The notes under the pieces: model-generated | Databases searched by the model: none | What the model was told of the DNA's origin: nothing | The model's input: only the letters and a program-made list of their open reading frames with translations | Assembly (NCBI RefSeq): GCF_001194135.2 | Contig: NC_068990.1 | Span: forward strand, 11,333,648-11,397,647 | Direction: 5' to 3' | Length of the DNA stretch: 64,000 bases | Origin: Octopus bimaculoides | Taxonomy: Eukaryota | Position numbers and translations under genes: made by a program | Shown: positions 25,561-38,250 of the stretch, in pieces | Layout of the letters: each line of letters opens with the position of its first letter | Position numbering within the stretch: the first letter of the stretch is position 1

Positions 25561-25772
25561 CAGGGTGTCCAAAATGTCTGGGTACCTGGAGTAAATAAAA
25601 TCATAACATAAACAATTAAATATAAGAAATAATGATTTCTTAAAGTATGTGTTAATCCCCATGTGGGTACATGGAGTAAATAAAATCATAACATAAACAA
25701 TCAAATATAAAAAACAATGATTTCTTAAAGTATATGTTAATCCCAATGTACCCAGACTTTGTGGACACCCTG
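25561..25772. mobile_element. Tc1/mariner-type MITE with an 85-bp internal tandem duplication
   Basis: TA-CAGGGTGTCCAAAATGTCTGGGTAC ... GTACCCAGACTTTGTGGACACCCTG-TA. Internal units at 25580-25664 and 25665-25749. Confidence 0.9.
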
Positions 25773-26209
25773 TATATAATGAAAAACTGAAATTGAAACC
25801 CAAGTTTCATATTTCCACATTGGCAAGACTAAAATTTTTATCCAGATTATATGTGAGAGATATATAAATTAGATTAAACCAAATCTCATGCATACTAAAA
25901 TTTAAAGATCTAAAATCTTATAATTTAGAATTTAGCATTTAAATGCTGAATTTAAAATTATAACCTTTTAAATCACAAAATTTCAGTATTTATGAACTTT
26001 GTTTTTCTTTTTCCTAAAATTGATACCTTTTGTGACCCTTCGGCACCCATTATAAGATTGTAAGGTATAATAAAGTTATAGTCATGCAAAAAATCACTCA
26101 TGCAAAATTTGGAGTAACAAAAGTATAAAATCTCAATTTGTAATTGTTGTATTGTTAACTCCAGGTTATAATTGAGTACTTTATCCTCACATTTGCTTAT
26201 ATAGACACG

Positions 26210-26248
<39 letters not shown>

Positions 26249-26859
26249 CACATGATGAGATAGTGTAAAATTGCAAAAATATTTGTAATGCTAGCAAAGC
26301 ATATAAATGTTTTCGAAAAAATTTATTCTTGTTTTTTAAATGTTTTTCCATACATAACTTGAAAGTAATTTTTCAGAAAATTTCCATTTGAGTATTGGAT
26401 CATCAAAACATATAATTTAAATTTTGGGTTTCGTTTTTAAACTCTGAAGTGTTTTAATGCTATAAGCTTCTCAAATATAAAAATATTTTTCTGAAATATT
26501 GAATCATGAAAAGCAAAAAAAATTATGTTAAATTAATGTTCAATTTGAGAAAAAAAAAGTCAATTGCATTTTATCAGAAATTATTTACCAAAGTTGAGAA
26601 GCAAATATTTGAAATGATTATTTGTTGTAAAAAGTATTACATTATATTCTATTAAAAAATCTGTTTAAAAATTCAGGAAGCTGATATTTATTTAAAACAT
26701 TTTAAACACACACAAACACACATACATCATTCACTTATGCAATCATGGATCTGTCCATTTTCAAACGCTACTACCATCCATCACGTTCACAAACATTCCT
26801 ATTCCTTGTCAGTCACTTCGATATATGCTACTCTCTTTCCCAGCACTTCCTTTCTCTCA

Positions 26860-26862
<3 letters not shown>

Positions 26863-26952
<90 letters not shown>
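26863..26952. repeat. (CT)n microsatellite
   Basis: Direct sequence. Confidence 0.95.
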
Positions 26953-26954
<2 letters not shown>

Positions 26955-28096
26955 ATGACTCTATCTTCCATCACTCTGCCTTTCCCTCTCCTGGATGAAA
27001 GGAAAAGTAAACCAGTCACAATATAGAGGTGTACTAGACTATCAATATAAAACTCTTTACTATACCAAATAGTGCCATGGAGACATCAATATTCATTCAT
27101 TGCAACAAAGAATTTGTACAAAGGTAACCCATATACCCAGTGGTCTTCACTGCAACTGTGATACTCCTGTTATTTAAACTCTTGATAACCTAGATGCAAT
27201 AAAAAAGACAGAACTAGACTACTTCCCTGTAAAACTCTTTATAAAACTAGTGTGGATGTCTGAACTACACAGTTGACTACTATCCAATGGCCAAACTGCT
27301 GCTATAAACCTCCAGATATCTCAACCCTCTCCCAAATCTGGCTTCAAGCCAAACATGTTGATCTCTGAGAAGTAACAATAAAGACCATTGGAGAAGAAAG
27401 AGATACATTGCTCTGGCCCAATACGATACAGGTTCTCTTCAGTCCAATCACAAATCATCCCCTTAGTACAAGTTAAGAAAGGAATAGATGAATACGGACA
27501 ATGCTGAGAAGAAAGAAAGTTCCTTTAATCTGTACTTTCACTTCTCTGCCACTGTGAGGGAATAGAGATAAAGAAGGATGCAACAGTCTTGCTGTGGACA
27601 TGATTACATCTTTAGTGGTGGTGCCATGATAAAAGGAGCCCAGTTCATTCTGTAAAGGAGGTTTTAGCCAGGAAGGGTACTAAACTGTAGAAGCTAATCA
27701 TGAAAGGATAGTCACTGAAAAAGTGATGATATCAGTTGTGCCCCAGCATGGCAATAACCTTTGGGATGAAATGAATTAAAAACGAATTAAAAAATATGAT
27801 TACAATATATTTCTTAACCCAACTAGAAAGTCAATAATTCAAAATGAGAACAGACTTAGAATGTGATGGCTTATCCACAAATGCCAGCATGGAAAGATGG
27901 TTAGGAAAATGAAGATGATGATGCTGATGATCAAGACAAGAGAAACAATTACAGACATGAAAAGCAATCGTTGCCAAGTGGTTAAGAAATTTGCATCAGA
28001 TTCATTTACTTTCAAGTTAGATTTTACTGCACAGTTTTATTTATATATGTATGTGTGTGTTTGTATGTGTGTGTGTGCATATATATATGTATATGT

Positions 28097-28128
<32 letters not shown>

Positions 28129-28251
28129 NNNNNNNNNNNNNNNNNNNNNNNNNNNNNNNNNNNNNNNNNNNNNNNNNNNNNNNNNNNNNNNNNNNNNNNN
28201 NNNNNNNNNNNNNNNNNNNNNNNNNNNNNNNNNTATATATGCATGTATATA

Positions 28252-28635
28252 TTCTTTTATTCTTTTATTTGTTTCAGTCATTTGGCTGCGGCCATGCTGA
28301 AGCACCGCCTTTAGTCGAATCAAATCGACCCAGGACTTATTCTTTGTAAGCCTAGTATTTATTCTATCGGTCTCTTTTGCTGAACCGCTAATTTACGGAG
28401 ACCTAAACACACCAGCATCGGTTGTCAAGTAATGTTGGGAGGACAAACACAGATACACAACACATACACGTGCATATATATACATATATACGAATAGGGC
28501 TTCTTTCAGTTTCCGTCTACCAAATCCACTCACAAGGCTTTGGTCGGGTCGAGGCTATAGTAGAAGACACTTGCCCATGGTGTCATGCAATGGGACTGAA
28601 TCCGGAACCACGTGGTTCGTAAGCAAGCTACTTAC
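28252..28635 (-). mobile_element. SINE family A
   Basis: Near-complete copy with a short spacer. Confidence 0.9.
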
Positions 28636-30297
28636 TTATATATATATATAAATCTTTATACATACACATAAATATTGTAGATCAGTTGGGATAAGATAAT
28701 CCATGTGCTTACTTTTGGAAGCACATCTACAGACAGCAGCTATCTGAAAATTGCAGAAAGAGAATATCTATACAAGGAAGCTATATTTTTGAATAAACAG
28801 AAAATCCAGAAATTCCATTTCTATTATAGAGTATGAATTAAAATGTAAACTAAACATCAGAGTGTGCGATATTACTTTTATTTTTATGGTTGACAATCGT
28901 TTCAGCAATTTCATGGTGACTGTTCCCAAATCATGTTTATAAACTAGATATCTAGTCGTACATGCTATGTAGTGTACATACACAGCTGTCCATGGAATTG
29001 TCTCATTAGAAACGTTTGTGAAAACAATACATGTAAGTAACTGGTTATCTCACTTAAATATGAGACATTTAGCACTGATCAGAATGGGTGGCTTGCTAAA
29101 ATTTAGAATTTTATCAAGGAAAAGAGAAAGAAGAAGCAGAGGAAGAAGAGAAAGAGAAAAATAGAAATAAAATAGTGAAGAAAATAAGTCACTTGTCTCT
29201 GTTATTACCTTATATATAGAGTCAATTAAGTGCCCAACAAATCTCCCACAGTGTTAGTCTGTCAGACAGAAAATTGGTCATGGCAGATTGGTACCACTCT
29301 GTGATAACAAGTTACTTTTGAGTCATCACTGTTATATTTCGCTTTTTGGACAATAGATCTAATGTCTACACATCAAAAGACAAGTATTTTATTGACCTCA
29401 AAGACATACTTACATTTATACATATAGACAAATAATGCTAACACTTACACATACATACACACATATACACTTATAATGCTAAATACTTATGTATATATAT
29501 ACACACATGCACCAGTCTGTTTTACATTCCGCAAACCAGCGTGTATTTAAATAAGTGGATAAGTGTGTCTCCACCACACATATATATATATACATATACA
29601 AAAATATATATACACTCATTTATGCATTCATATATTTATATATACACACACATGCGTATGTATACAATTTTATATGTCTGTAAATTAGTGCTAACATTTG
29701 TACATACATACACACATTAAAACACATACCGCTGTAATACTATACATATATGTCCATACATACTCCAAGTGCAAAATAAATTCATCTGTACAGATAAATG
29801 TATGCGTGTGCATACATACACCCTTATAAAAAGTCAAACTTATAGATATATCTATATACATATATTTTTTACCAAAGATTTTCTTGTATATACATAGTCA
29901 CATTATATGCTATGGTCTACACATAAGCAAAAATAATAAAGAAGCAACACACATATGTAAAACTCACAAATACATACATACATATATATACAGATACACT
30001 GGTACATAAATCAATCTCCACAGGTATTCTCAAATACCTTTGCTCAAATGTATATATTCAGAATATGTGCATGATCTCAAATAAAAGTAGAAGGTTAGTT
30101 AATCTGGGCATAAAAGGCCACATAATGTTCTACCTGTAGAAGCTATACGTTTGATGATATGGATCAGTAATATATCATGAAATACTAAATGTTTACTTTA
30201 CTTAGATCTGATGATCCTAATTATATTGGTGGAATGATATACTTAGAAAGTTTTCCTAAATCAATGGTTAAATACTTATATACATACATATGCACAT

Positions 30298-30768
30298 ATG
30301 ATGATCTGTGAAAAATATAATACCTACACTGAACTATTGAGAAATCAGCAGTTACTCTATCCAGATTACAAGTTTAGGTTTATACCTGTAATTATTGGGG
30401 CACTGGGATATGTAACTTGCTGCCTGAATATCAAGGTTGAGAAATTTGGTTTCTCAAAACCAGAAAGGAGAAAGCTAGTTTGAAGATTACAGGTCCAATC
30501 TATCACTGGAACATTAAAAATCTGTAAAACTTTCCAGAAGTTTATCATTTAGATATATATGTGCATATCTAGATTTGCAACTATATGCATGAGAATATAT
30601 ACATAAAGCAAAACATATAAATCTGCATATCTACATTCATACATACATACTTACATACATACATACATACCTTGTTGTTGATGTTCAAATTCCAATGAAG
30701 GAGCCTTGAATCTACGTTAGAAACCGACTTTTTCTCTATTGGCAAGAAACCTTGAAGTAAAAAAAACA
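30298..30768 (+). pseudogene. 5'-truncated RLE-type (R2/R4/NeSL/HERO-like) non-LTR retrotransposon: C-terminal coding end, 3' UTR and A-run
   Basis: EKYNTYTEL...FIPVIIGALGYV...KLV*RLQVQSITGTLKICKTFQKFII* (ends at 30552). This matches my recollection of the post-PD..D segment of restriction-like endonuclease domains (K-Y-x-x-L, P-hh-G-x-LG). There is one in-frame TGA, and an A-run at 30759-30766. Confidence 0.7.
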
Positions 30769-32596
30769 ATGACATACACACACATACATACATGCATACA
30801 TACATACATACATGCATACATACATACATACATACATACATACATACATGCATACATTTCATGCATGCATATGTTCCCTTTGAATCATGTCCCTAGAAAC
30901 CAAGTTTGCTTTCTCTTCTTTCTTCACACTTGTTAGGTTGCTAAAATAAGTTCTAAATATATTTCTAGAAAGGGCATAATTAATCTTTTCACCTATAGGC
31001 ACAAGGCCTGAAATTTTGGGGGCAAGTGGATAGTTGATTACTTCAACTCCAGTACTCAAATGGTACTTATTTTGTCAACCCCCATAAAGGCTGAAAGGCA
31101 AAGTCGACCTTGGCAGAATTTGAACTCAGAACAGAAAGCCAGCAGAATGCCCCAAGCATTTCGCTCAGTGTGCTAACGATAATTAATGAAAACCTTTTGC
31201 CTTTGAAACCTCAGGATGGCTGCAGTCGAATGACTGAAACCTTTAAAAGAACAAGAAAATATGTAAAATTCTTTAGATTTCTATAAGCAACCAGTGTATC
31301 AACCGAACTGTTTAACCTTAAAATTTTAATATCCTTTGTCAGATCCACTTAACATCTCATTAAGAGACTGTATATGTGAGGTGTGGTCCTTCAACTTGAG
31401 AGAGCAGTGACTCTGAATAAGAGCTGCATTGTCCAACCCATGAAACCTTACAAGCAAACGTAAATGAATAGTGGGGATGATGGTGATGGAAAGGACAATG
31501 GTCGTAGTAGTGACAGCAATGATGATGCTATGAAGAATGGATAAATAGCTGTACAGAACTGTCATCTTTATTCCCAGTGTGAGCCAATAATCATCACATT
31601 GGTTGATCACAAGTGATGAGGAAGCTTTTAAACAGGGATTTGACCAGAACCCAAATTTTATGCAAACTTAACTTTAATATCTTTCACAAAAGTAAGCATA
31701 ATATTCTGTCACAACTTGACCTAAAATTTAACCAACAACAACGAGCCAAGGAAAAGAAGCTTCTATGTGACCACTTAAATTGCAACCAAATCTCCCCCAT
31801 ATCACATTCTACTATCCTGAAAAAAGGTGGAAGCACAGGGGACAATGTACTTCTAGTAAACCCTAAAAGATGGTCCTTCACGGGTGACATATCTTTGATC
31901 ATAGAACTACCTATTGATGAGTTCACCTCATATTAAAAAAAAAAGCGTGACAACAAACACTCTTACACATCAATTAGGGACTTATGGATAATATAATGCT
32001 AAATGAGTGAGGCCAGGATGATACTAAGCTTTCAAACAGTCTAAGTAAGCATAAAAATGCAATGGTCCAGTTCTTATTTATGCGTTTCACTTAATTTAAT
32101 AAATTAAGTTATTATTTTATAACATTAACTATGTATAAGTTTATTTTTTTGTCATTTAGTTAAAAGGTAGGACAATACCCATAAAACATGTAGAACCTCT
32201 AAGATGTAGCAGAGCAAACTCAAATAATGATGCTCGTGGCCTAGGTGTTGGTGTTAAACCTTGTGACAGACTAAGCCTTTCTACCTAAGTAGCACTAATC
32301 AGGATTTGAAATCAGAATGCAAAGTGCTGAAACAAATATCAAATGTCATCCCATCAAACACTCCAAAAGTTCTACTAATCCACCATTTTAGATTGGTGCT
32401 TTATTCATCAACCCCAGCAAAATTTAAAACTCAAATACAAAAAGTAATGCCATTTTGTTTTGGACAGGTATAATTACCAACACAGGAACATGTATCATAC
32501 ATCAAAATGAAACAGGTCCTCTGTGAATCACATCCCTACTTCTCAACATAGTCACCGTTTTTCTTAATAGCAATGTTCCACCTTCGAATGAGAGCT

Positions 32597-32981
32597 ACAT
32601 GGTTCTGGGTTCAGTGCGACTGCATGACACCTTGGGAAAGTGTTGTCTGCTCTAGCCTCGGGCTAACCAAAGTCTTGTGAGTGGATTAGGTAGATGGAAA
32701 CTGAAAGAAGCCCATCATGTGTGTGTGCATGTGTATGTATATATAATAATAATGATAATAATAGTAATAATAATAATAATAATAATATATGCATATATAC
32801 ATACATATATGTACGTACTTATATATGTATATACATAGGCATATGTGGGCACAGGATGTCACAGAATGTAAACAACATGAAATACGAAATACAAATACAT
32901 AGAATATGAACTTTTTTGCGAAGAATGAAAGAAAGAAATGGAAAACAAGACAAGCAACATAAAGAAAGACCCTTTATCAGT

Positions 32982-33032
<51 letters not shown>

Positions 33033-33263
33033 TTATTTATTTATTTATTTATATGTGTGTGTTTTTGTGTTTGTGTTTGCCCCCCCCCCTGGCTTGACAA
33101 CTAATGTTGGTATCCCTGAAACATAGCAGTTTGGCAAAAGAGACCGATAAAATAAGTACTAGGCTTACAAAGACCAAGTCCTGCTGGTCGATTTCTTCAA
33201 CTAAAGACAGTGCTCCAGCATGGCCGCAGTCAAATGACTAAAACATGTAAAAGAGTAAAAAAG
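32597..33263 (+). mobile_element. SINE family A with an expanded spacer carrying a foreign 150-bp segment
   Basis: Head 32597-32716, tail 33060-33263. The insert at 32836-32985 lies between TA/AAT runs. Confidence 0.8.
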
Positions 33264-35292
33264 TAATAATAACATCTCTGAGTAATTTACTCCAGTGATC
33301 AGCTTTGCAATATTGTACATAGGTTGGCACATTTAATGATCCTCTCATCACTAGTTTGATTAATACGGTGAAATCTTACCTGGAATTTCCCTGAAAAGAT
33401 CTAAAGAAACTAGAACATATTCAGAGTTGTCTCCCATATACCATACTTCATGAAATGATTAAAACAATTGTCACTGAAAAGCTGTTGTCTTCTCTTCACT
33501 ATACAAATATTTATAATGATTTATTTTATGGTCATTACGCAGAACACATTAATGCTAACTTTACTATTCCATATTCTTTATAGTTTTATGTATATTCAAA
33601 CTGGCAGTGATGTATATCATCTTCATTCCTTAGCTTTCAGTTCATAATCCTCCATTCGATCACTGAAACTTTGTACCAGTACACTACAGTAATGCAGCGT
33701 AATATAATACAGACATATCTATGAATTGTCAGTTGCTATAATTCTACAGAGGTCATGAGTCAATGATAAATTATACTTATGTGTATACCTAAATTGCCTC
33801 AGTATAAGCTTCTTTCATGTGAGTATAATTAAATAAGAAAGTATGAGAAAATAACATGTTTTAAAATGGTATTACACATGAATTAAATCATAACATGATA
33901 TCATCATATATGAATTAATAATTCAGAATTTTAATTTTTCTTTTATTTCTAATGTACATTGTAATGCCTATTTTCATTTCATTTTATTTCTTTTTGATTT
34001 ATATTTTTCCCCTTTACTTCAATATTTTTTAAAATACAATCTATAATTTATTTTGTGATATTTTAATAGTGTGTAGACAATCTGACGGCACAAAGTGTAC
34101 CATTGTGAATACATAAATTATCTTCGGCTCTCTAAATGATACTTATAAATCTCACCAATTTTTGAAATTGTTAAAAAAATATATTGGATACAGAATATTT
34201 TAGTGCTTTTTAAATTTTATTTTTTTTTTTTGAATACTGCTATATTTGAAAATATTAAAAAAGCAAAGCTGCGTTGATAATTATACAATTATATGTCTAT
34301 TAGATTTGAAATATCCTTGTCAACAGGGGAATATTTGTCTTGCATCTACAGAATGTGGCATGCACAAAAGTCAGTAGTAAACCATCATACTTACATGGCA
34401 TTGAGGGAGTCTCTACATGGTCAGTTTTTCAAGCAGCCAGAAATAGAAACCAATTCTCTATAGATAATGTTGTAAAAGATAAACTACGTCTGCAAAAAAA
34501 ATGAGCAGGCCACAGGTGGAATGTTTAAGCATAGATTTACTCTATAAGGACTGACTTAGAGCTAAATCACACCAACCACCACCACCACCACCACCACCAC
34601 CACCACCACCTCTGTAATACACTTTGTTTTATGTAATATAAGATATATATACAAATGGTGGTGAGCTGGCAGAATTGTATTCATATTGAACAAAACAATT
34701 AGTAATATTTCTTCCAAATCTCTATGCTCTGGTTTCAAATCCTACCATAGTAAATTTTGCTGTTTATTCCTTCAAGATCAATAAAATAAGGTACCACTCA
34801 AGTACTGAAGTTAGTGCAATCAACTTGTCCTCTCCTCTCAAAATTTCTGGCCTTTAACTCTGCAAAGTATCTGGTTCAGTGGGAATGAGGTGATCTGGAT
34901 TAATGAAATGCTATGGAAACTAGTGGCTGTGTGGTAAGAAGTTTGCTTACCAACCACATGGTTCCAGGTTCAGTCCCACTGCATGGCACTTTGGGTAAGT
35001 GTCTTCTATTATAGCCTCAGGCCAATCAAAGCTTTGCAAGTGGATTTGGTAGACAGAAACTGAAAGAAGCCCATCTTATATATATATATATAGCAATAAG
35101 AAAATGGAGGAGATTAATAGGTGGTATTCGTCAACTTGCAGACATTGTATTATGTCACTTAACTTGTTTGTTTGTTTACTAAAAGGACAATAATAACAAT
35201 ATACAAACACATGTGGCATATTATGTCATATCAGTAATTATAAAAATGACATATAGTGACAGAAACTGAGATAATATCTTAAGATATATATA

Positions 35293-35375
<83 letters not shown>

Positions 35376-35378
<3 letters not shown>

Positions 35379-35579
35379 CATTATTATGATTGACCGTTGA
35401 CTGAACACTATTCAATTTTTTTTCTCCGTGTTTTTCTCCTTGTCTCCGTATTCTTTCTGTTGAAGAGCGTAGCTCGAAACGTCAAAGACTTTCCGTATTC
35501 CCGAGCGTCATACTAATATATACTTTTGTTATTTACACCACCTGTCCTCGTCTGTTGTTATTTTTTGTATATTCTCCCA
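35376..35579 (+). mobile_element. Penelope-like element pseudo-LTR fragment
   Basis: Contains TTGAAGAGCGTAGCTCGAAACGTC, of the TGAAGA/TGATGA...CGAAACGT type seen at PLE ends. Bounded by (TA)n on both sides. Class assignment is inferred from this motif only. Confidence 0.6.
35452..35488 (+). ncRNA. Minimal type I hammerhead ribozyme-like motif
   Basis: TCTTT (stem I), CTGTTGA (core, A6 changed to U), A, GAGC GTA GCTC (stem II), GAAA C G TC (two-pair stem III, GUC triplet), AAAGA (stem I'). Confidence 0.55.
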
Positions 35580-36882
35580 TATATATATTTGCATGTATGT
35601 ATTTGTTATTTGTGTCTGTGTTTGTCCTTCCACCATCACTTGACAACCAATGTTGGTGTTTTAGGTCCCCGTAACTTAGCAGTTTGGCAAAAGATTCCAA
35701 TAGAATAAGTACTAGGCTTACAAGGAATAAGTCCTGGGGTCAATTTGTTTGACTAAAGGTGGTGCTCCAGCATGGCCGCAGTCGAATGACTGAAACAAGT
35801 AAAAGAATTATGAGTCCTAAGGCTTGAGAAAAAAAATGGGAAGTAAAATTTTACATACAATATGTTCCCCTTTAGACATTCATTGTCAGAATTGTTAGAA
35901 GATTGAACAAAATCCTTTGTGGTATTTATTTCAGTTTCTTCATTGAGGATAAATCTTCAATGGTCAACTTTATCGTTCTTCCTCCCAAGAATGAAAAATA
36001 AAGCTCCATTTTATTGCAGTGAATTGGAAGAATTTTCATTAGAAAGGGCATCCAACCATAGAAAATATGCCAAAGCAGACACCAGTGCTTGGCACAGGCT
36101 TCTGACTTACTCATTTTTGCCAAACTGGACTGCATAGAAAATGGACATAAACCTTCAGCACACTGAAGGTGAATCATGTCACTGTACAAGTTTTTCCCCT
36201 TTTCAATGAGACACAATGTGCCTGCAGCTGGAGGGGAGAATACCCATAGGACGATATGATTTGCCTAAGCATGCTAAAAATTAAACGATGATGAGAAATT
36301 AAATGATGGTGACGACAATGACGATGATGACGATGATGATGATGATGATGACAACGACGATGACGATGACAACAACGACAATGACTAAAAGATCAGAAAA
36401 GATACCTAGCACTATTGACCTGGATCTTTACATCCTGAGTTCAAATCAAACTATTGTCTGCTTGAGTTGTAGATATAATCTGTCACCCAACTTTACACCA
36501 CCATCAGGTCCATAGGTGCTTTTTGGGGGGAGCCCACAATATTGCAAACATTTAGGTGAAGTGTCTTGTTTAACAAAACCTTTCTATCTCCTTCTCACCT
36601 GTCTCGGGGGCCTGAAAAGCATTAAGAATACTGTCCACCTACGAAACTAAGCAACAAAAAAGTGTTCACCAATAATGAGAGTATACAAAATATCTCAAGT
36701 ATAAAATAGAATACCTTGAAATACTGTTACATTCAAAGAAGTTTTGAAAAACACAAGTATATAGACACAAAAAGTATTCACTTAATGTTTGTTTATATTA
36801 TTTCTGTAAGAAATTATAACATTTCTTTTCTCTTTGTATATTTTCATATCTGCTGCGGGCATTTACATTAAGTATGTTTTGT

Positions 36883-36891
36883 GTGTGTGTG

Positions 36892-36933
<42 letters not shown>

Positions 36934-37580
36934 NNNNNNNNNNNNNNNNNNNNNNNNNNNNNNNNNNNNNNNNNNNNNNNNNNNNNNNNNNNNNNNNNNN
37001 NNNNNNNNNNNNNNNNNNNNNNNNNNNNNNNNNNNNNNNNNNNNNNNNNNNNNNNNNNNNNNNNNNNNNNNNNNNNNNNNNNNNNNNNNNNNNNNNNNNN
37101 NNNNNNNNNNNNNNNNNNNNNNNNNNNNNNNNNNNNNNNNNNNNNNNNNNNNNNNNNNNNNNNNNNNNNNNNNNNNNNNNNNNNNNNNNNNNNNNNNNNN
37201 NNNNNNNNNNNNNNNNNNNNNNNNNNNNNNNNNNNNNNNNNNNNNNNNNNNNNNNNNNNNNNNNNNNNNNNNNNNNNNNNNNNNNNNNNNNNNNNNNNNN
37301 NNNNNNNNNNNNNNNNNNNNNNNNNCTCCTCCTACTCGTCCTCCTCCTCCTACTCGTCCTCCTCCTCCTACTCGTCCTCCTCCTCCTACTTGTCCTCCTC
37401 CTCCTACTTGTCTTCCTCCTTCTTCTTCTCCTTCTCCTCCTTCTTCTCCTCCTCCTCCTCCTTCTCGTCCTCCTCCTTCTTCTTATTCTCCTCCTCCTTC
37501 TTCTTCTCCTTCTTCTTCTCCTTCTTCTTCTCCTCCTCCTCCTTCTTCTCCTCCTCCACCTTCTTATTCTCCTCCTCTTG
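36883..37580. repeat. (TG)n, gap, and (TCC/TTC)n tract
   Basis: Direct sequence; N run at 36934-37325. Confidence 0.95.
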
Positions 37581-37993
37581 GCCATGTGACTATGAATTTT
37601 GCTTCAAAGTTACAAGGATCCTCTTCCAATCTAATTACACAGTATCTCAGAAAAATGTCTTATGCCATTCCTTCACCCAGTCCAATATCTATATCTATAT
37701 CAATGCATACGTTCATGCATTCATATATATTGGTGGTGTCAGCTGTCTGTCATAGGTCGATGTTGACTGTTTTGTTCAACAAATAGCTTTGGTTGGTGAG
37801 TAAAGCACTTGGCATCATATCTGCACCAGACAGCTTCTCTGGGCCTGGGTTTACACTTCAAATACTAAGGGCTGTACAAGAATGCAATGAGCAGGATCAA
37901 TGATGAGGCTGCCCCACAGTAGCAGCTCACACTCACACACACAAACACACCCACAAACACACTCACACACACAGACAAACACACATATATATA

Positions 37994-38250
37994 CAGGGCG
38001 CGATGGATAAATTGTCGCTATTTTATATTTTTAATTTTGCACATGTGCATTGTTTGATTTTGATTTTGTCAACTACACAGTATAGTAGGATCAGTTGGGC
38101 ACTGTCTGTGAGAAAAACACTACTATGATGCAAATCACTCTGCCAGAAATTTGGAAATGACATGCTGTACTGCTTGGCATTCACACCAAAAGCTCCAATA
38201 TGAACATTTCAGTGGGCTTGATTGTCAATCTGAGGATGGTACGTATGGTT
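37994..38250 (+). mobile_element. 5' end of a Tc1/mariner-superfamily transposon
   Basis: Begins TA-CAGGGCGCGATGGATAAATTGTCGC, then a decayed N-terminal frame MMQITLPEIWK*HAVLLGIHTKSSNMNISVGLIVNLRMV resembling a paired-like HTH start. Confidence 0.55.

Larger units (their letters stand above)
34923..35808 (+). mobile_element. SINE family A with two nested inserts in its (TA)n spacer
   Basis: Head 34923-35075, repeat G 35093-35283, Penelope-like piece 35376-35579, tail 35610-35808. Confidence 0.85.

Noticed and set aside
30692-30731. Possible hammerhead relic CCAATGA...GAAACCGACT in the RLE 3' UTR
   Set aside because: The core box, stem II and cleavage triplet are all imperfect in this copy and cannot be supported without a family consensus.
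36834-37786. Poly-L/R/S/P ORFs of 240-300 aa
   Set aside because: Frames of a (TCC/TTC)n tract joined across a gap.
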